This document shows, in pieces, positions 39,101 through 49,602 of a stretch of 64,000 nucleotides of DNA; the first letter of the stretch is position 1, and each line of letters starts with the position of its first letter. This DNA is from Mizuhopecten yessoensis. Lineage: Eukaryota. The stretch spans positions 1,155,306-1,219,305 of the forward strand of contig NW_018405747.1 of NCBI RefSeq assembly GCF_002113885.1, written 5' to 3'. The notes under the pieces are model-generated. The model did no database searches. It was not told the origin of the DNA and worked only from the letters and a program-made list of their open reading frames with translations. A program made the translations under genes and the position numbers.

Positions 39101-42072
39101 GGTACGATAATGTAAAATTTCAATATAAATTGAAATTGATCAGACCTTGAGGTATTGGTTTCGGCAGCTACAGATCAGACAGAAATGAAGTTATCTGTAG
39201 TTAACTTGAGTTATGATTTATCTAACTGTCTAACATGAAACAGTTGTCGTGTTGTTCACACTTTTTCCTGGATTTTTAATTTCACCAGTTTGAACGGTAT
39301 AATCAACAATGAAATAGAAGATGCATCACTTATCTAGGACGTTGCGTCTCCACACCCACCCACCTTCTGTGATAAAACAGTTCTGTAAACTATCATTTTT
39401 AATATTTACAAACCATTTTTTATTTATTTTTTTGTAATCTGTTGATAAATCATAACTTTAAAATCAGTTTAATTGTTCACAGATTTATATCTTTGTTCCA
39501 ATTTACCCATAATAAACTGTAAGATACACAGCAAAACGTTCAGTTTACAGTAGTCTCCTGTTTTACTCTCTCTTGACTTTGGGAGAGGAATTGACTTGCA
39601 GTATATGAGGCCACTGATGTGGGGGTCAATTTAGAGTTGAGTATTTTCCTGCACGTTGCAGTTTGGGGACAGAAATAGCATCCAAGTTATGGCATGTCAA
39701 TGCCCTTTTAGTAGCCTGACCAATTTTGAACAACATTGTCATATGTGAACCCCAAATAAACACATTAACCAAAATGCGTAAATATAATTTGATCTACATC
39801 TTCATTATCCTTTAATGTTTTCCTAAAAATATAAATCAAACAGCTGACCAAAGCTAAACACTTTTTATAGGTTCCATTTTAATTTGAATTAAGCAACTTT
39901 TGATCCTCCTACCATACAGGTTGTCAAGGATGATTCTGCACAGCGTGATGGGTGTCAAGTTGGCCAGCAGCTGATCACATCCTTCCGCTGTGCTGGCCAG
40001 GTTCTGTAGTATGTCATAACAGTCAGCAACCATAGTTGTCACCACCTCATCCTCCCCGTCAGTACCTCTGATTAACATGTTATAATCTGTATTTACAATT
40101 TATCTGAGGAATGCGATTGTTTTCAGGATTCATGTTTGAATTCCTCAAATGTTCAAATATAACATTGTTTCAATCAGCTGCAGAAATTCAAAAAAAATAA
40201 AAATTTGGTATACACTTTTTTGCACTTTCAGTTTCACTCTTCATACTCTCTTTGTTATGGAAAAAAATTGTGCTGAAATCGTGCTGCAATATCAGATTCA
40301 TAGTGAGACAATAATTATGTTGTCCTAAATTAGAAAAGACAGCTATTTGAGAAAATGCTGCCACATTAACAAGTCCACTTTTATCATCTAAAAAGTATTT
40401 AAAAGGTATCTTATACTGTATAATGGGAAATGTTTGCAGCAGTTTAACTTTTGTCTTTTTTGCCCTCCCAAATGAAGGCAAATTTATTATGAATACTAGT
40501 AGGTATGCAATAGACAATATATATAGTAACTACACGTGAAGGCAACTATTTAACTGGGCGAAAGTTTGACTGTATACAGTATTACCTGAACAATGACAAT
40601 GTTAGGTACCCGGGGTTCTTCAACAAATTAAACAGGTTGGTACATACCTTAGGTTTGTAAACAAATCAAATGGTATGGTACGTACCCTGGGTTCGTTAAC
40701 ACTATCCCATTCAAGATTTCAATGTTTCTCTTCAGTCCTACTTGTGCAATCTGAAATCAATGACCAGGTAAAAGTTACATGCTACCTGCACAAAAAATAT
40801 ATTGCAAACATGTAAATCAAATGAGTTAGGTTACTAACAAAACTTATCAAAAATGTTATTCTCTGCCATCAAATTTAGAATTATCTTCAGCATTTATAAA
40901 AATAGGAAAACACTTTTATGAAATTTGTTAGGATAATCATTAAATACTTGCTAATTTAATGAACAAATATCTGCACCTATCAAAATTAGGTAGGTCGCTT
41001 CAAAATAATAGGGAAAAAAACAAAACAACATCTATGTGGTATATAATCACCACTGCACACTTCTCAACATCTTAAACAGTATGGTCCTACTATATAAAGA
41101 CGTGTCTTACCTGATGAGGTTCGGTACACAGACCAGACAGGATACTCAGAGCGATTGATTGATATATGCTAGCAGCACATCCCTCTGGAGCAGACTCTGT
41201 CAAACATAACCAACAAATATTGTAATAAGAGCACAAGTTTAAGTTTACTTCTCAAACATGAAATTGTCTCTTTTATATACTGTAATAAGATAGGCTAAAA
41301 GTTTTTATGTACTTTGTAGCTGATTTTTTTTTCTCCATATTTATACCATTTAATGATTTCAATCTGTTCATCCATTTATGTGCTCACATCACATTCTACA
41401 CACAAAAAAAGATTTTAAACAAACTCACTAGATTTGAGAAGCCTGGTAAGGAACTTCAAGCCAACTGTTGATAACAAGTCATTCCTTTCTTCACTTGATA
41501 GAGGTTTTGCTTTAGTTAGTTTTGCTATCTGAAATATAAACTTATTCAATTTATTAATAATGACCCATTAACACATATTACATAGGGCCACAATGAATGA
41601 GAAATGGGAATGAAAATGGTATGCATGCCAAGATAACAAGTGAAGTAAAACAGATATCCTAAAGGGACGTTGGCTCCCACCATCATAATTCATTAACTCT
41701 ATGTAAGTTCATCTATTAGGACTATGGGGAACCTTCCTATGAAATTTGAGAAAGACTCATCATGTACTGTGATATTGTGATAACAAAGAATTGGTTGAGG
41801 ACAGATGCTGGAAGACAGGCCACAGTTAAAGGTCAGTTTGATAATGGTGAGCTAAAAAATGTTGAGGAATACGGGAAGACAACAAAAGATCTGAAATATT
41901 GCAGAGGGCATTAAAAACAACCTCTGGATCTGCAAAGGTCCCTAAAATTCATCTGTTTTCAAAAAGAACAATAATGCATTGTACATACCAGTAATAAAGC
42001 AGCAAATTTTTCATTGTCAGATTTGGCGTCTCTTAACACTTTCAAACACATCTCACTGCTTGGTTCCTCCAT
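27105..42072 (-). CDS. NCDN: Neurochondrin-like, 17 coding exons, about 839 aa; probable non-coding first exon ending at 43739
   Basis: Exons 5'->3': 42072-41989, 41528-41429, 41196-41111, 40750-40686, 40067-39913, 38736-38603, 37779-37714, 37437-37362, 36236-36067, 35317-35129, 34677-34559, 34035-33354, 32817-32694, 30870-30784, 29980-29819, 27691-27593, 27226-27105; all GT-AG and in phase. Motifs LRDAKSDNEKFAALLL, IRVLGVWMSEETSAL, DLLRFLLPAFCH, WEDVSELWHLTLQ. Confidence 0.88.
27750..27970 (-). mobile_element. Possible SINE/retroposon fragment in an NCDN intron
   Basis: Minus-strand tail ATGACCTTAGCTGTTGCAAGGGCGTTAAACC and GTGTCACAAGAGGCGACTAA motif resemble invertebrate retroposons; recognition only. 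Confidence 0.35.
28290..29690 (-). mobile_element. HINE of a second family, with ~160-bp GC-rich cores and a second internal repeat
   Basis: On minus: TTAGCTCACCTGGTCCAAAGGACCAAGGTGAGCT hairpin, (CGTC)n, cores at about 29500/29338/29181, 3' CCAGGTGAGCGATACAGGCCCTATGGGCCTCTTGTTT. Confidence 0.85.
30994..31720 (-). mobile_element. HINE, inverted sister copy of 25441-26443 with about 3.5 x 146-bp cores
   Basis: Near-identical reverse complement of both ends and of the core unit. Confidence 0.88.
31909..32015. repeat. 36-bp tandem repeat x3
   Basis: ACAGAGAGTTTATGCCTCCTCTCCGATGGCCTGACT. Confidence 0.88.
32248..32740 (-). repeat. 55-bp tandem repeat x9 made of an NCDN exon 3' end plus its splice donor
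   Basis: Units at 32248, 32303, ... 32688; the last unit is the coding exon end (MHILCQVVMEAVPLL|GTAAGT). Confidence 0.95.
35428..35518 (+). mobile_element. 83-bp TTAA-flanked MITE, family A
   Basis: Aligns to 3810-3900 without gaps. Confidence 0.82.
35792..35942 (-). mobile_element. Solo LTR-like element containing a tRNA-like sequence (Helenus-type)
   Basis: Minus strand TGTGAC...AGGGAGAATTTCTCTTTAGCTCATTCAGTAGAGCG...CTGTTACA; TG..CA ends, A box, decayed B box. Confidence 0.6.
37238..37342. repeat. ~53-bp tandem duplication next to an NCDN donor
   Basis: AGTGGTGAGGTAAATCTTATCAGAAA.TTCATTGAAACAGAGGTACATATAG x2. Confidence 0.88.
37602..37692 (+). mobile_element. 83-bp TTAA-flanked MITE, family A
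   Basis: Aligns to 3810-3900; right TSD mutated to TTCA. Confidence 0.85.
38097..38509 (-). mobile_element. HINE related to the 1507-2265 element, partially deleted
   Basis: Same subTIR ATACGCCCGTC / GACGGGCATAT, AACAAG end, and about two internal core repeats. Confidence 0.7.
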
Positions 42073-42721
42073 AGTATTCTGCTGTAAAAGTGACATTTGA
42101 TTTATTAAAGGCTTTGGTACATTAGCTTTCTTGTTGTGGCTCAACTTCTAAACAGACAGTAAATCATATAAGCTGTTTGAAGATGCCAACTCCAACACAA
42201 CCAACCCAACCACCTACCTGTGGGGAGGAGTTATTCAATTTATTCTTTGAATTCATCATTTCTAAAAATTATGAACATAATATTTGTTAAGGCTTGTAAA
42301 AATGGATTTTATATGTCAGTTTTTGTGATTAGAACATGAAATTTAGGTCATTCTCTCAACCTATTGGATTCACATTCAAATTAAATTCCATGTTCTTATT
42401 GCCAGTGTAGCCACTTAAAATATGATGTAAATAAGGTCATATTTGCCACCAAGATAAAGGTTTAATACACACGTTATACCCCTTGTTAATTTTATCAATT
42501 ATGGCCATTATGCACTTGTTTCAACCAAAAAAACATTATCTTTGAATCACTTTTCGCTATGATTAATAATATATTAGACAGAGCCAAATTGTGTTAAATG
42601 CCAGTTAAAATATCTTATCACCTTCACACCAATTCATAACAACTGGTCTTAAAACAAGAATTATATTTCTTCATTTGAAATTGATCCAAATGCCAATCTT
42701 ATTTTATAATATGATTATATT

Positions 42722-43005
42722 GGAGGCATGGTAGTCTAATGGTAGGATGCTGGGTTCGTGACCGAAGGGTTGTGTGTTCGAGTCACATCACGGCACCTTG
42801 TTGTATCTTTGAACAAGATTCTTTACTCTGCTTGTTCTAGTCTACTCAGCTGTAAATGAGTACGTGGTTGGGCAGTGCTAGAATTGTTGAATGTTAGCTG
42901 TGAGCACCGAAATAGCAGCACCGGCTGTATATATGCTCCCCAGGTAGTTGAGAAAGATATTGGCTGGTTGCAAAGGCCCTATAACCATGGATAATAACTT
43001 GTTAA
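42722..43005 (+). mobile_element. tRNA-derived SINE with conserved central domain (Meta/Deu-type, BivaMD-like)
   Basis: A box TAGTCTAATGG, B box TGTTCGAGTCA, then CTTTGAACAAG...CTCAGCTGTAAATGAGTAC...GGCTGTAT..GCTCCCCAGG.AGTTGAG. Confidence 0.7.
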
Positions 43006-43034
43006 CTGCTTCTAACAAATTGTGCTACTTGATC

Positions 43035-43310
43035 TACGGTACCAAAACACTCCCTCCTTCAAAAAAGTCTTAACCCCAAAGACACAGGCGACCCTTTATC
43101 ATCTTATGTTGGTACGTTGTTATAGGCGCCAAATGTAATATGGAAATTTTAAAGACCAGACAAGTATTTGAACCTGGAATCTCCGAACTCTATATGGACA
43201 CTAACCTGCGTTGTAAATGTGAAAGGAAATGTCAATGTAAGGCTAGTCAGGGGTTCCAACCTGGGACCCTTCTAGCTCTATAGGTGGATACTCTACCAAT
43301 TGAGTTTCTT
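43035..43310 (-). mobile_element. Decayed tRNA-LTR TRIM (Helenus-type) relic
   Basis: On minus: tRNA-like TAGAGTTCGGAGATTCCAGGTTCAAAT, LTR end TTACA, PBS-like TTTGGCGCC, internal GTGTCTTTGGGGTTAAGACTT similar to 45102-45122, PPT GAAGGAGGGAG then TG. Confidence 0.55.
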
Positions 43311-43849
43311 CATCAAAACTTGCATATATATTGAAGCAAGTTTTTTTTTTCGAAAATAAAAATGAATGGAAAGAATGAGACACAGTATGAATATACAACT
43401 ACCACTGATTATTGGACAACAAAATGTGTCTCATCCTACCAGAACTGTTTGTTAGTGTTTCTGATTTACTGTCAAGTCTTTTATTACACAACAACACTAG
43501 ACTACTGTATCACAATACTACTGGATTACAGTGCATGGACATAGCTATATATTTCTCCCACAACCACTATAGGTTACCTCACACCCAATTCATTGGATAA
43601 ACCTGCTAGGAGTTGGTAAACATTTTTGGTTACCCACTAGTATATATTTGACCATAATTGTAGAATCTATCCAGTTACTGGCAATATGTTCGGTCAGTAG
43701 AAGTAACTGGGGAGTAACACATTAAACGACATGCTTACAGCTGTATCAGTCGATGAATTCTAGTATTAAAACCCTGGCACCGTTCCTTTCTGTCTTCTTT
43801 TCCCACTGTCTGTAGCCAACATGTGCGTCGTCTGTCCGCGTTTTGAAAA

Positions 43850-44110
43850 CGAACACTGAAGAGTTCCGAGGAAGGGATCAGTGGTTATTTAGGTATATAC
43901 ATAGGAGATTATTAATTTACCATATACGCCTAAAAGGCAATATACGTTATTTTATTCAAAAGGATGCATATAAAATTCAAAATAAAAACATTAAATTATA
44001 TTTTATGTCGAAATTTACATTTTGCATAACATTTTTCATAACGAATATCCAATACCGGGTTCTGGATTAGAAACAATTGATTACTTCCGGTTTCATTTTA
44101 AAAGGAAAGC
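43850..44110. promoter_or_regulatory. Probable bidirectional promoter, NCDN/EXOSC4
   Basis: Minus-strand donor GTAAGC at 43738 marks an NCDN 5' exon; ETS motif ACTTCCGG about 25 nt before the EXOSC4 ATG. Confidence 0.55.
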
Positions 44111-47100
44111 ATGGCCGGTCTAGAATTACTCTCCGATCAAGGATTCCGCATTGACGGGCGAAGACCCCACGAACTAAGGAAGATCCAGTGTCGTCTTGGA
44201 GTGTTTAACCAAGCTGACGGTTCTGCATACATAGAACAAGGCAATACCAAAGTTTTAGCTGCTGTGTATGGCCCTCATGAGGCAAGTTTTATATTAGGTA
44301 TTAACGTTAGCAGTCCAGAGTATCGATATAAAATAAAAAGTATTATTATATTTATAGAGAGTGACATGGTAAGTATAACACGCTCAATTTCCACTCAAGA
44401 GACACACAAATACACTTTTAACAACATGACTTTGATATAAAGGGGACAAGGATCAGTGTATAACACATGTAGAAGTTGTTCAATGATTAGGTTGCCTAAC
44501 AAGCGTCAGCTGTAGCGAATTTCCCATTAGCTCAATGTTACAAATATCTGAAATACACATTTGTTATACTGATATGGGTCAGCACACAAACATACACATG
44601 TGACCAATATCAGTATAGCTTATATGTATTTCAGACAAGTAACGGCACTATCTTTATCTCTATTCCTCGTCCTGCTACAAGCTTTTGCCGTTAATTCTCC
44701 CCGTTCAATGTAGGAGAACCCCTGGGTTCGTGTTTGAAAAAAAGGGGGGAATAGTGTAAAAGATGTGCATTGATTAGATTGCTGTACAAACGTCAGCTGT
44801 AGGGAATTTTCTTTAGCTCAGAGGTAGAGTATCGGGTTGGAGAGCCAAGTGTCGCAGGTTTGTGCCCCAGCAACAGCAATTAGTTATCTTTATCAATATT
44901 CCTCGTCCTACTTCAAACTACAATCGTCGGCGACCATGTAGCTCAATTGGTAGAGCGTCCGTCTAGAGTTCGGAGGGTCACAGGTTCGAACCCCGGTCTG
45001 GCCGTTACATTTTCTCTTTCTCCTGTTACTAAAATTGGGGGGCTTGGCAACTTTTGTTTCAAGCATTGGAGGGGGATACCAAACTTGGGTTGTAAAAGTT
45101 GTGTTTTCGGGGGCGAAGACTTAAAAAAAGGAGGAATGTAGCGCAACTGGACTGGGTTGATCGTCGGCGACCAGGTAGCTCAATTGGTAGAGTGTCCTTC
45201 TAGAGTTCGGAGGGTCCCAGGTTTGTACCCCGGTCTGGCCGTTACATTTTCTCTTTCTCCTGTTACACAGAAAACGAGTCATGTTTTTTTACAGTGCAGT
45301 ACAGTATAGACTTAGCTACAAAGATACACATAATATATAAATATGCCAGTTTTTCAGAGCTGTCTTCAGCTAGTGGTTTTTATTATATTTCAATAATATA
45401 AAATCAGAAATACTGTTTTCTTTATTTACTCAAAAAACACCTTTGAAATGGAAAGTTGTGGGCGTGGCATGGCATAGTGGATAGCACTCTTACCTGTCTC
45501 CAATGTCTGATCAAATGTGAAATGTATTGAATCATCTGCCAGACCAAGTGGATTTTCTCTGTGAATTCCCACATTAATACCCTCTGTGCACTTCCACTAT
45601 GGCCAACAATAGTGATTAATATAAGTTTAACAAAAATTGTTTCCTAATTGTTTTAAAGTAAATAAAGCTTTTGATACCTTATACATTTTAAATACTTTTA
45701 TTAAAGTTTTGGTGAAATTCATGAATATAACCTTCAGTATTCGTTGCTGGTATCAAACCATGCTGGGGTGAGGGGCTATCAAGTTAGTTCAATTGAATGA
45801 CCTTGACTCCATTCCATTGTCACAGGGGCCAAATGTGTTGAAACCTTTTAACAACTTCTTCTGAAAGCAGAATAACCAAAATGACTAGGGTGATGACATT
45901 TGGCCTGTAGTGTGCTGGGCTGTCAACTTTGTTGAAATGGATGACTTTGATCTACTTTCTTCATCTTGTGGGTCATATGTATTAAAAAGATCAATTGAGA
46001 CATTTTTTGAAGATTCAAAAAGATTGAAATAGTAACAATAAGTCTGTAGCTATCAGTTTTTGTTTTTCAAATATATTACCTTATACAACGCGGGTTCTAT
46101 GAGCAAAACAAAAAAATCTAATTAAAAGTCATACCTAGAAATTAAAATACAGAGTAATTATAGACAGCCTGTAATGTAAGCTAGCTTAAATGATGAAATT
46201 TATAATAAATATTTCTACAAGAATGTTGACATTTGCCATGTAGGTTCCCGAGGAGTCAAACATGGATGTATTGAAACAATAGTAGAATTTCTATTTATTC
46301 TAATGTTTTAATGGTTAGCTCATGTTTATTATAGTTGAATATCATATTACTATGTCAATATGTCTCTCCAATTTGGCTGTCGATAAGTTCTGCTGTTTTG
46401 TAATATAAGTGGTCTGTAGACGGTTTAGCCATCTTATTGATCAGCTAGCTCGTCCAACAATTTATGTTTTTGCAATTTTTTTATTTAAAGATTTATGATA
46501 ACATTTGCTTTACAGATCCGGGGAAGCCGAAGTAAAGTTCTACATGACAAGGTCCTGGTAAACTGCCAGTACAGTATGGCCACATTTAGTACTGGAGAAC
46601 GCAAACGGAGGCCTCGTGGGGACAGGAAGTCACAGGAAATGACCATGCATCTTCAACAAACATTTGATGCTGCAATCCAAACAAGTCTTTATCCCAGGTC
46701 ACAGATTGATATTTTTGTAGAGGTAAAACAACTCATAACCATGCAGTAACAGTTCGTGTTCTTTATCTTTCCTTTTTTGTTTGGACAGAGATAATGGGTT
46801 GACAGCATATGAGAACTCTTACTTAACATTGTTACTGGGACAGTATACATCACCAGCCTGCTTGCTAAAATAATGAAACCTTATGATGTTGATAACCTTA
46901 AGTAATGATGTTATGGAATGTAGTCTTTGGGGACAATGACTTCCATGAATTCCAGGAGGAAAACTCCATCTTATTAAACATTATACCCGATTGTTGAAAC
47001 AAACAGAATTCCTTACCCTTATATGTTGCTAATTGTATGAAATAGAAAGGTGGTTGAGATCCCCGACTTATAACCATATTAAACTGCTAGGCCTCCAGAT

Positions 47101-48041
47101 ACAAACATGCTGCCACATTAGTACCAGATGTCACTGTTGGAAATTTAGCTCCTAGATCATAATTAACATGGAAACATTGAGATCCCTATTGAACCATATG
47201 CAAATGTTTGGCTAAGAGACAAAATACCCTATCCTACCATGATTGGCAAAGAGTCCTGCTGGGGACTTAGTCCTTGGGTCATAACTGATTGATTAGCATA
47301 ACACCAGGATAAAGTCAAGGGTCTGGGTTCACTTGGGGCCTTGGGATCATTGTAGTAGAAGAGTTAGCTCCCCTGGTGGCTGAGTTTAACATAACGGGCT
47401 CTTTGTACCTTTTGTCATATTTTGTAAAACAGTTTCTTACCGTTTAACATTTTTGAAAGGTTGTACTCCTACGTCAATGTGAACAAATATTCCAGAAGTA
47501 ACTAACGAATATATCAAAATAAATTAGTAATGCAGTCGTCTTTAAGAGGTGCATATTTGCAGTATATCATTGTTCATGATTTTATATGACTATTGTTGTT
47601 AACCACAATTGTATTACCGGTAACCCATTTTGTGTAAATATGTAATCCCACTAAAAACAAATGCAAATATTTCAGGTGTTACAGTCTGACGGAGGAAATT
47701 ACTGTGCCAGTGTGAATGCCTCAACACTGGCCCTTATAGACGCTGGAATAGCCCTGAGAGACTATGTGTGTGCATGTTCCTCAAGCTTCGTTAACGACAC
47801 GCCTCTAACAGACATCAACTACCTGGAGGAATCCTCTGGCAGTCCAGAAATCATAGCAGCCACCCTGCCCAAATCAGAACAGATTGTGTTTTTAGAAATG
47901 AATGGAAGACTTCATGAAGACAATTTGAGTCGAGTGACAGATATGGCCGTTAAAGGGTGTAAGGATATTCATGACATTCTAGACCAAGTGGTCCGTGACC
48001 ACGTCAGTGAAGTGTCCACTGTTCATGGATGGGAGAACTGA
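44111..48041 (+). CDS. EXOSC4: Exosome complex component RRP41, 3 exons, 247 aa; intron 1 is GC-AG
   Basis: Exons 44111-44281, 46516-46722, 47676-48041. MAGLELLSDQGFRIDGRRPHELR, ADGSAYIEQGNTKVLAAVYGPHE, YPRSQIDIFVEVLQSDGG (RNase PH fold). Confidence 0.97.
44468..44915 (+). mobile_element. Miniature LTR retroelement with tRNA-like LTRs (Helenus-type TRIM), family A; LTR1 interrupted by a palindrome at 44537-44643
   Basis: LTR1 44468-44679 and LTR2 44755-44915 (TGTA...CA, shared GTCAGCTGTAG.GAATTT...TTAGCTCA and TATTCCTCGTCCT); 75-bp internal region ending in PPT AAAAAAAGGGGGGAATAG. Confidence 0.7.
44923..45267 (+). mobile_element. Miniature LTR retroelement with tRNA-like LTRs (Helenus-type TRIM), family B; LTR1 5'-truncated
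   Basis: LTR1 44923-45030 and LTR2 45137-45267 (TGTAGC...TGTTACA), each with a 73-nt cloverleaf (A box TAGCTCAATTGG, B box GGTTCGAACCC); PBS-like TGGGGGGCT after LTR1 and PPT AAAAAAAGGAGGAA before LTR2. Confidence 0.8.
45458..45668 (+). mobile_element. Decayed SINE (V-domain-like)
   Basis: A-box-like TGGCATAGTGGATAG, GTGGATTTTCTCTG...TTCCCAC motif, and AATAAA tail. Confidence 0.4.
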
Positions 48042-48120
48042 AAATGGTGCAATAGGATGTAATGTTATGATCTGTTGTTATTGTGACGTTTTACGTCACA
48101 CCTTTAAAATCTTGATACAT

Positions 48121-48498
48121 ATAGGATCTTACCTGAGTTTCCATTTCATGAGATTTATGAAACAAGTCTAAGAATTTTTCAATTTAAAAATTCGTGACAA
48201 GTTTCATAAATTTCATATGAAATGAAAACGAGTTAAGATCCTTTTTATCACATAACCAAGATTTGTGGCATTTATTTGTGTTAAACAACAATTTTCATGC
48301 AACCTTGAAATGTATAAAAGCCACCATTTTGACTCCAGTGTGTAAGCCTGTGACGTCATGTACTTATCCTAGGCGTGACGTCATAATTGAAACTTACAAC
48401 CAATCACAGGGCTGATAGGTCATATAACATGGGTTAATACGCCAAAAAATATGACATTGGTATATTCACTGGATAACATAGTACGTTATGTGATAAAT
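48121..48498 (+). mobile_element. Non-autonomous element with a terminal ~120-bp hairpin and offset inverted repeat, in the EXOSC4 3' flank
   Basis: AGGATCTTAC...TTTCATGAGATTTATGAAAC / GTTTCATAAATTTCATATGAAATG...TAAGATCCT, then TTTATCACATAAC ... GTTATGTGATAAA. Confidence 0.65.
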
Positions 48499-48746
48499 AC
48501 TGTCTAATACTATGTACTTTCTACCTTCAATTTTCTTTATTGAAAACAAGGGGTAAAGAATTTTATGAGACAGATGTGATCTTCATAAGTTAATTTAATT
48601 TTTAATCTAAAATTTTGTTGCGATGGGACCACATAAAAAATGTAAACTTAAAACTTAAATTTAGAATCGGCACCTAGTTAAAGAATTTCATTTATGAGAT
48701 ATGATTATCTATTGAAACTCTTTACTGGGACAATTCTAGAATGAAT

Positions 48747-49012
48747 TGTACACAAGGAGTGGGAGTAATGTACTGTCAGTTTCTGTGTTATTACTGGTCC
48801 TGTACACAAGGAATGGGAGTAATGTACTGTCAGTTTCAGTGTTATTACTGGTCCTGTACACAAGGAATGGGAGTAATGTACTGTCGGTTTCTGTGTTATT
48901 ACAGGTCCTGTACACAAGGAGTGGGAGTAATGTACTATCGGTTTGGTGTTATTACTGGTCCTGTACACAAGGAGTGGGAGTAATGTACTATCAGTTTCAG
49001 TGTTATAATTGG
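48747..49012. repeat. 54-bp minisatellite, about 5 copies
   Basis: TGTACACAAGGAGTGGGAGTAATGTAC... at 48747, 48801, 48855, 48909, 48962. Confidence 0.95.
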
Positions 49013-49451
49013 TCAAGTTATATAACCTCTAAAAAAATGCCTCCCAGTCCGTTCTTCCATACAATTGATTTTAGAATAGCCTTTTTTAGTTTTGAAAGAA
49101 AACAAACGATATTAGATTTGAAGAGTCAATAATGTATTTATGTATTAGTTATAATATCAAACCATGCGTACATGTAACATAGTAATAACGATTATCTACA
49201 ATTAACAGTGAATCATTCATTCATATAAATACTGAAATCATACAGAAGTGAACTAGCTAGCATGCATCCAAGTACACATAATACATTATCTAGATCAAAC
49301 AGTCATTGATAGTGTCATAATCAATCAGTGCATCTTATCATATTTAATGTCGATGTATGAAGTCGATAAATAATAAACACTAATATAAGTGTGTATAGTA
49401 AAAACACAGGTACTAGAACAAGCTTACAGACAATTCTCCTGTATATTAACA

Positions 49452-49602
49452 AAGAGTCTCCTATGTAAGTATTGGGGATATAGACATGCTACCCTCGAAT
49501 GTAGAATACGGGGTCAGATCCCAGGCTTCTTGGTCCTGACAGCAAATTCTACACCAGAGAGTAGAATGTCTGTATCCCCCATACTTAGTTATTGACACTC
49601 TT
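49452..49602. repeat. Imperfect 150-bp palindrome, MITE-like
   Basis: TAAGTATTGGGGATATAGACATGCTAC / GTAGAATGTCTGTATCCCCCATACTTA. Confidence 0.7.

Noticed and set aside
44932-45004. Genuine tRNA gene or amber (CTA) suppressor tRNA
   Set aside because: In the cloverleaf the anticodon position reads AGA, with CTA at positions 32-34. It lacks the long variable arm of tRNA-Ser, has stem mismatches, and is duplicated inside LTR-like repeats.
48705-49132. Overlapping ORFs of 80-128 aa
   Set aside because: Products of a 54-bp minisatellite open in several frames; no splice or homology support.
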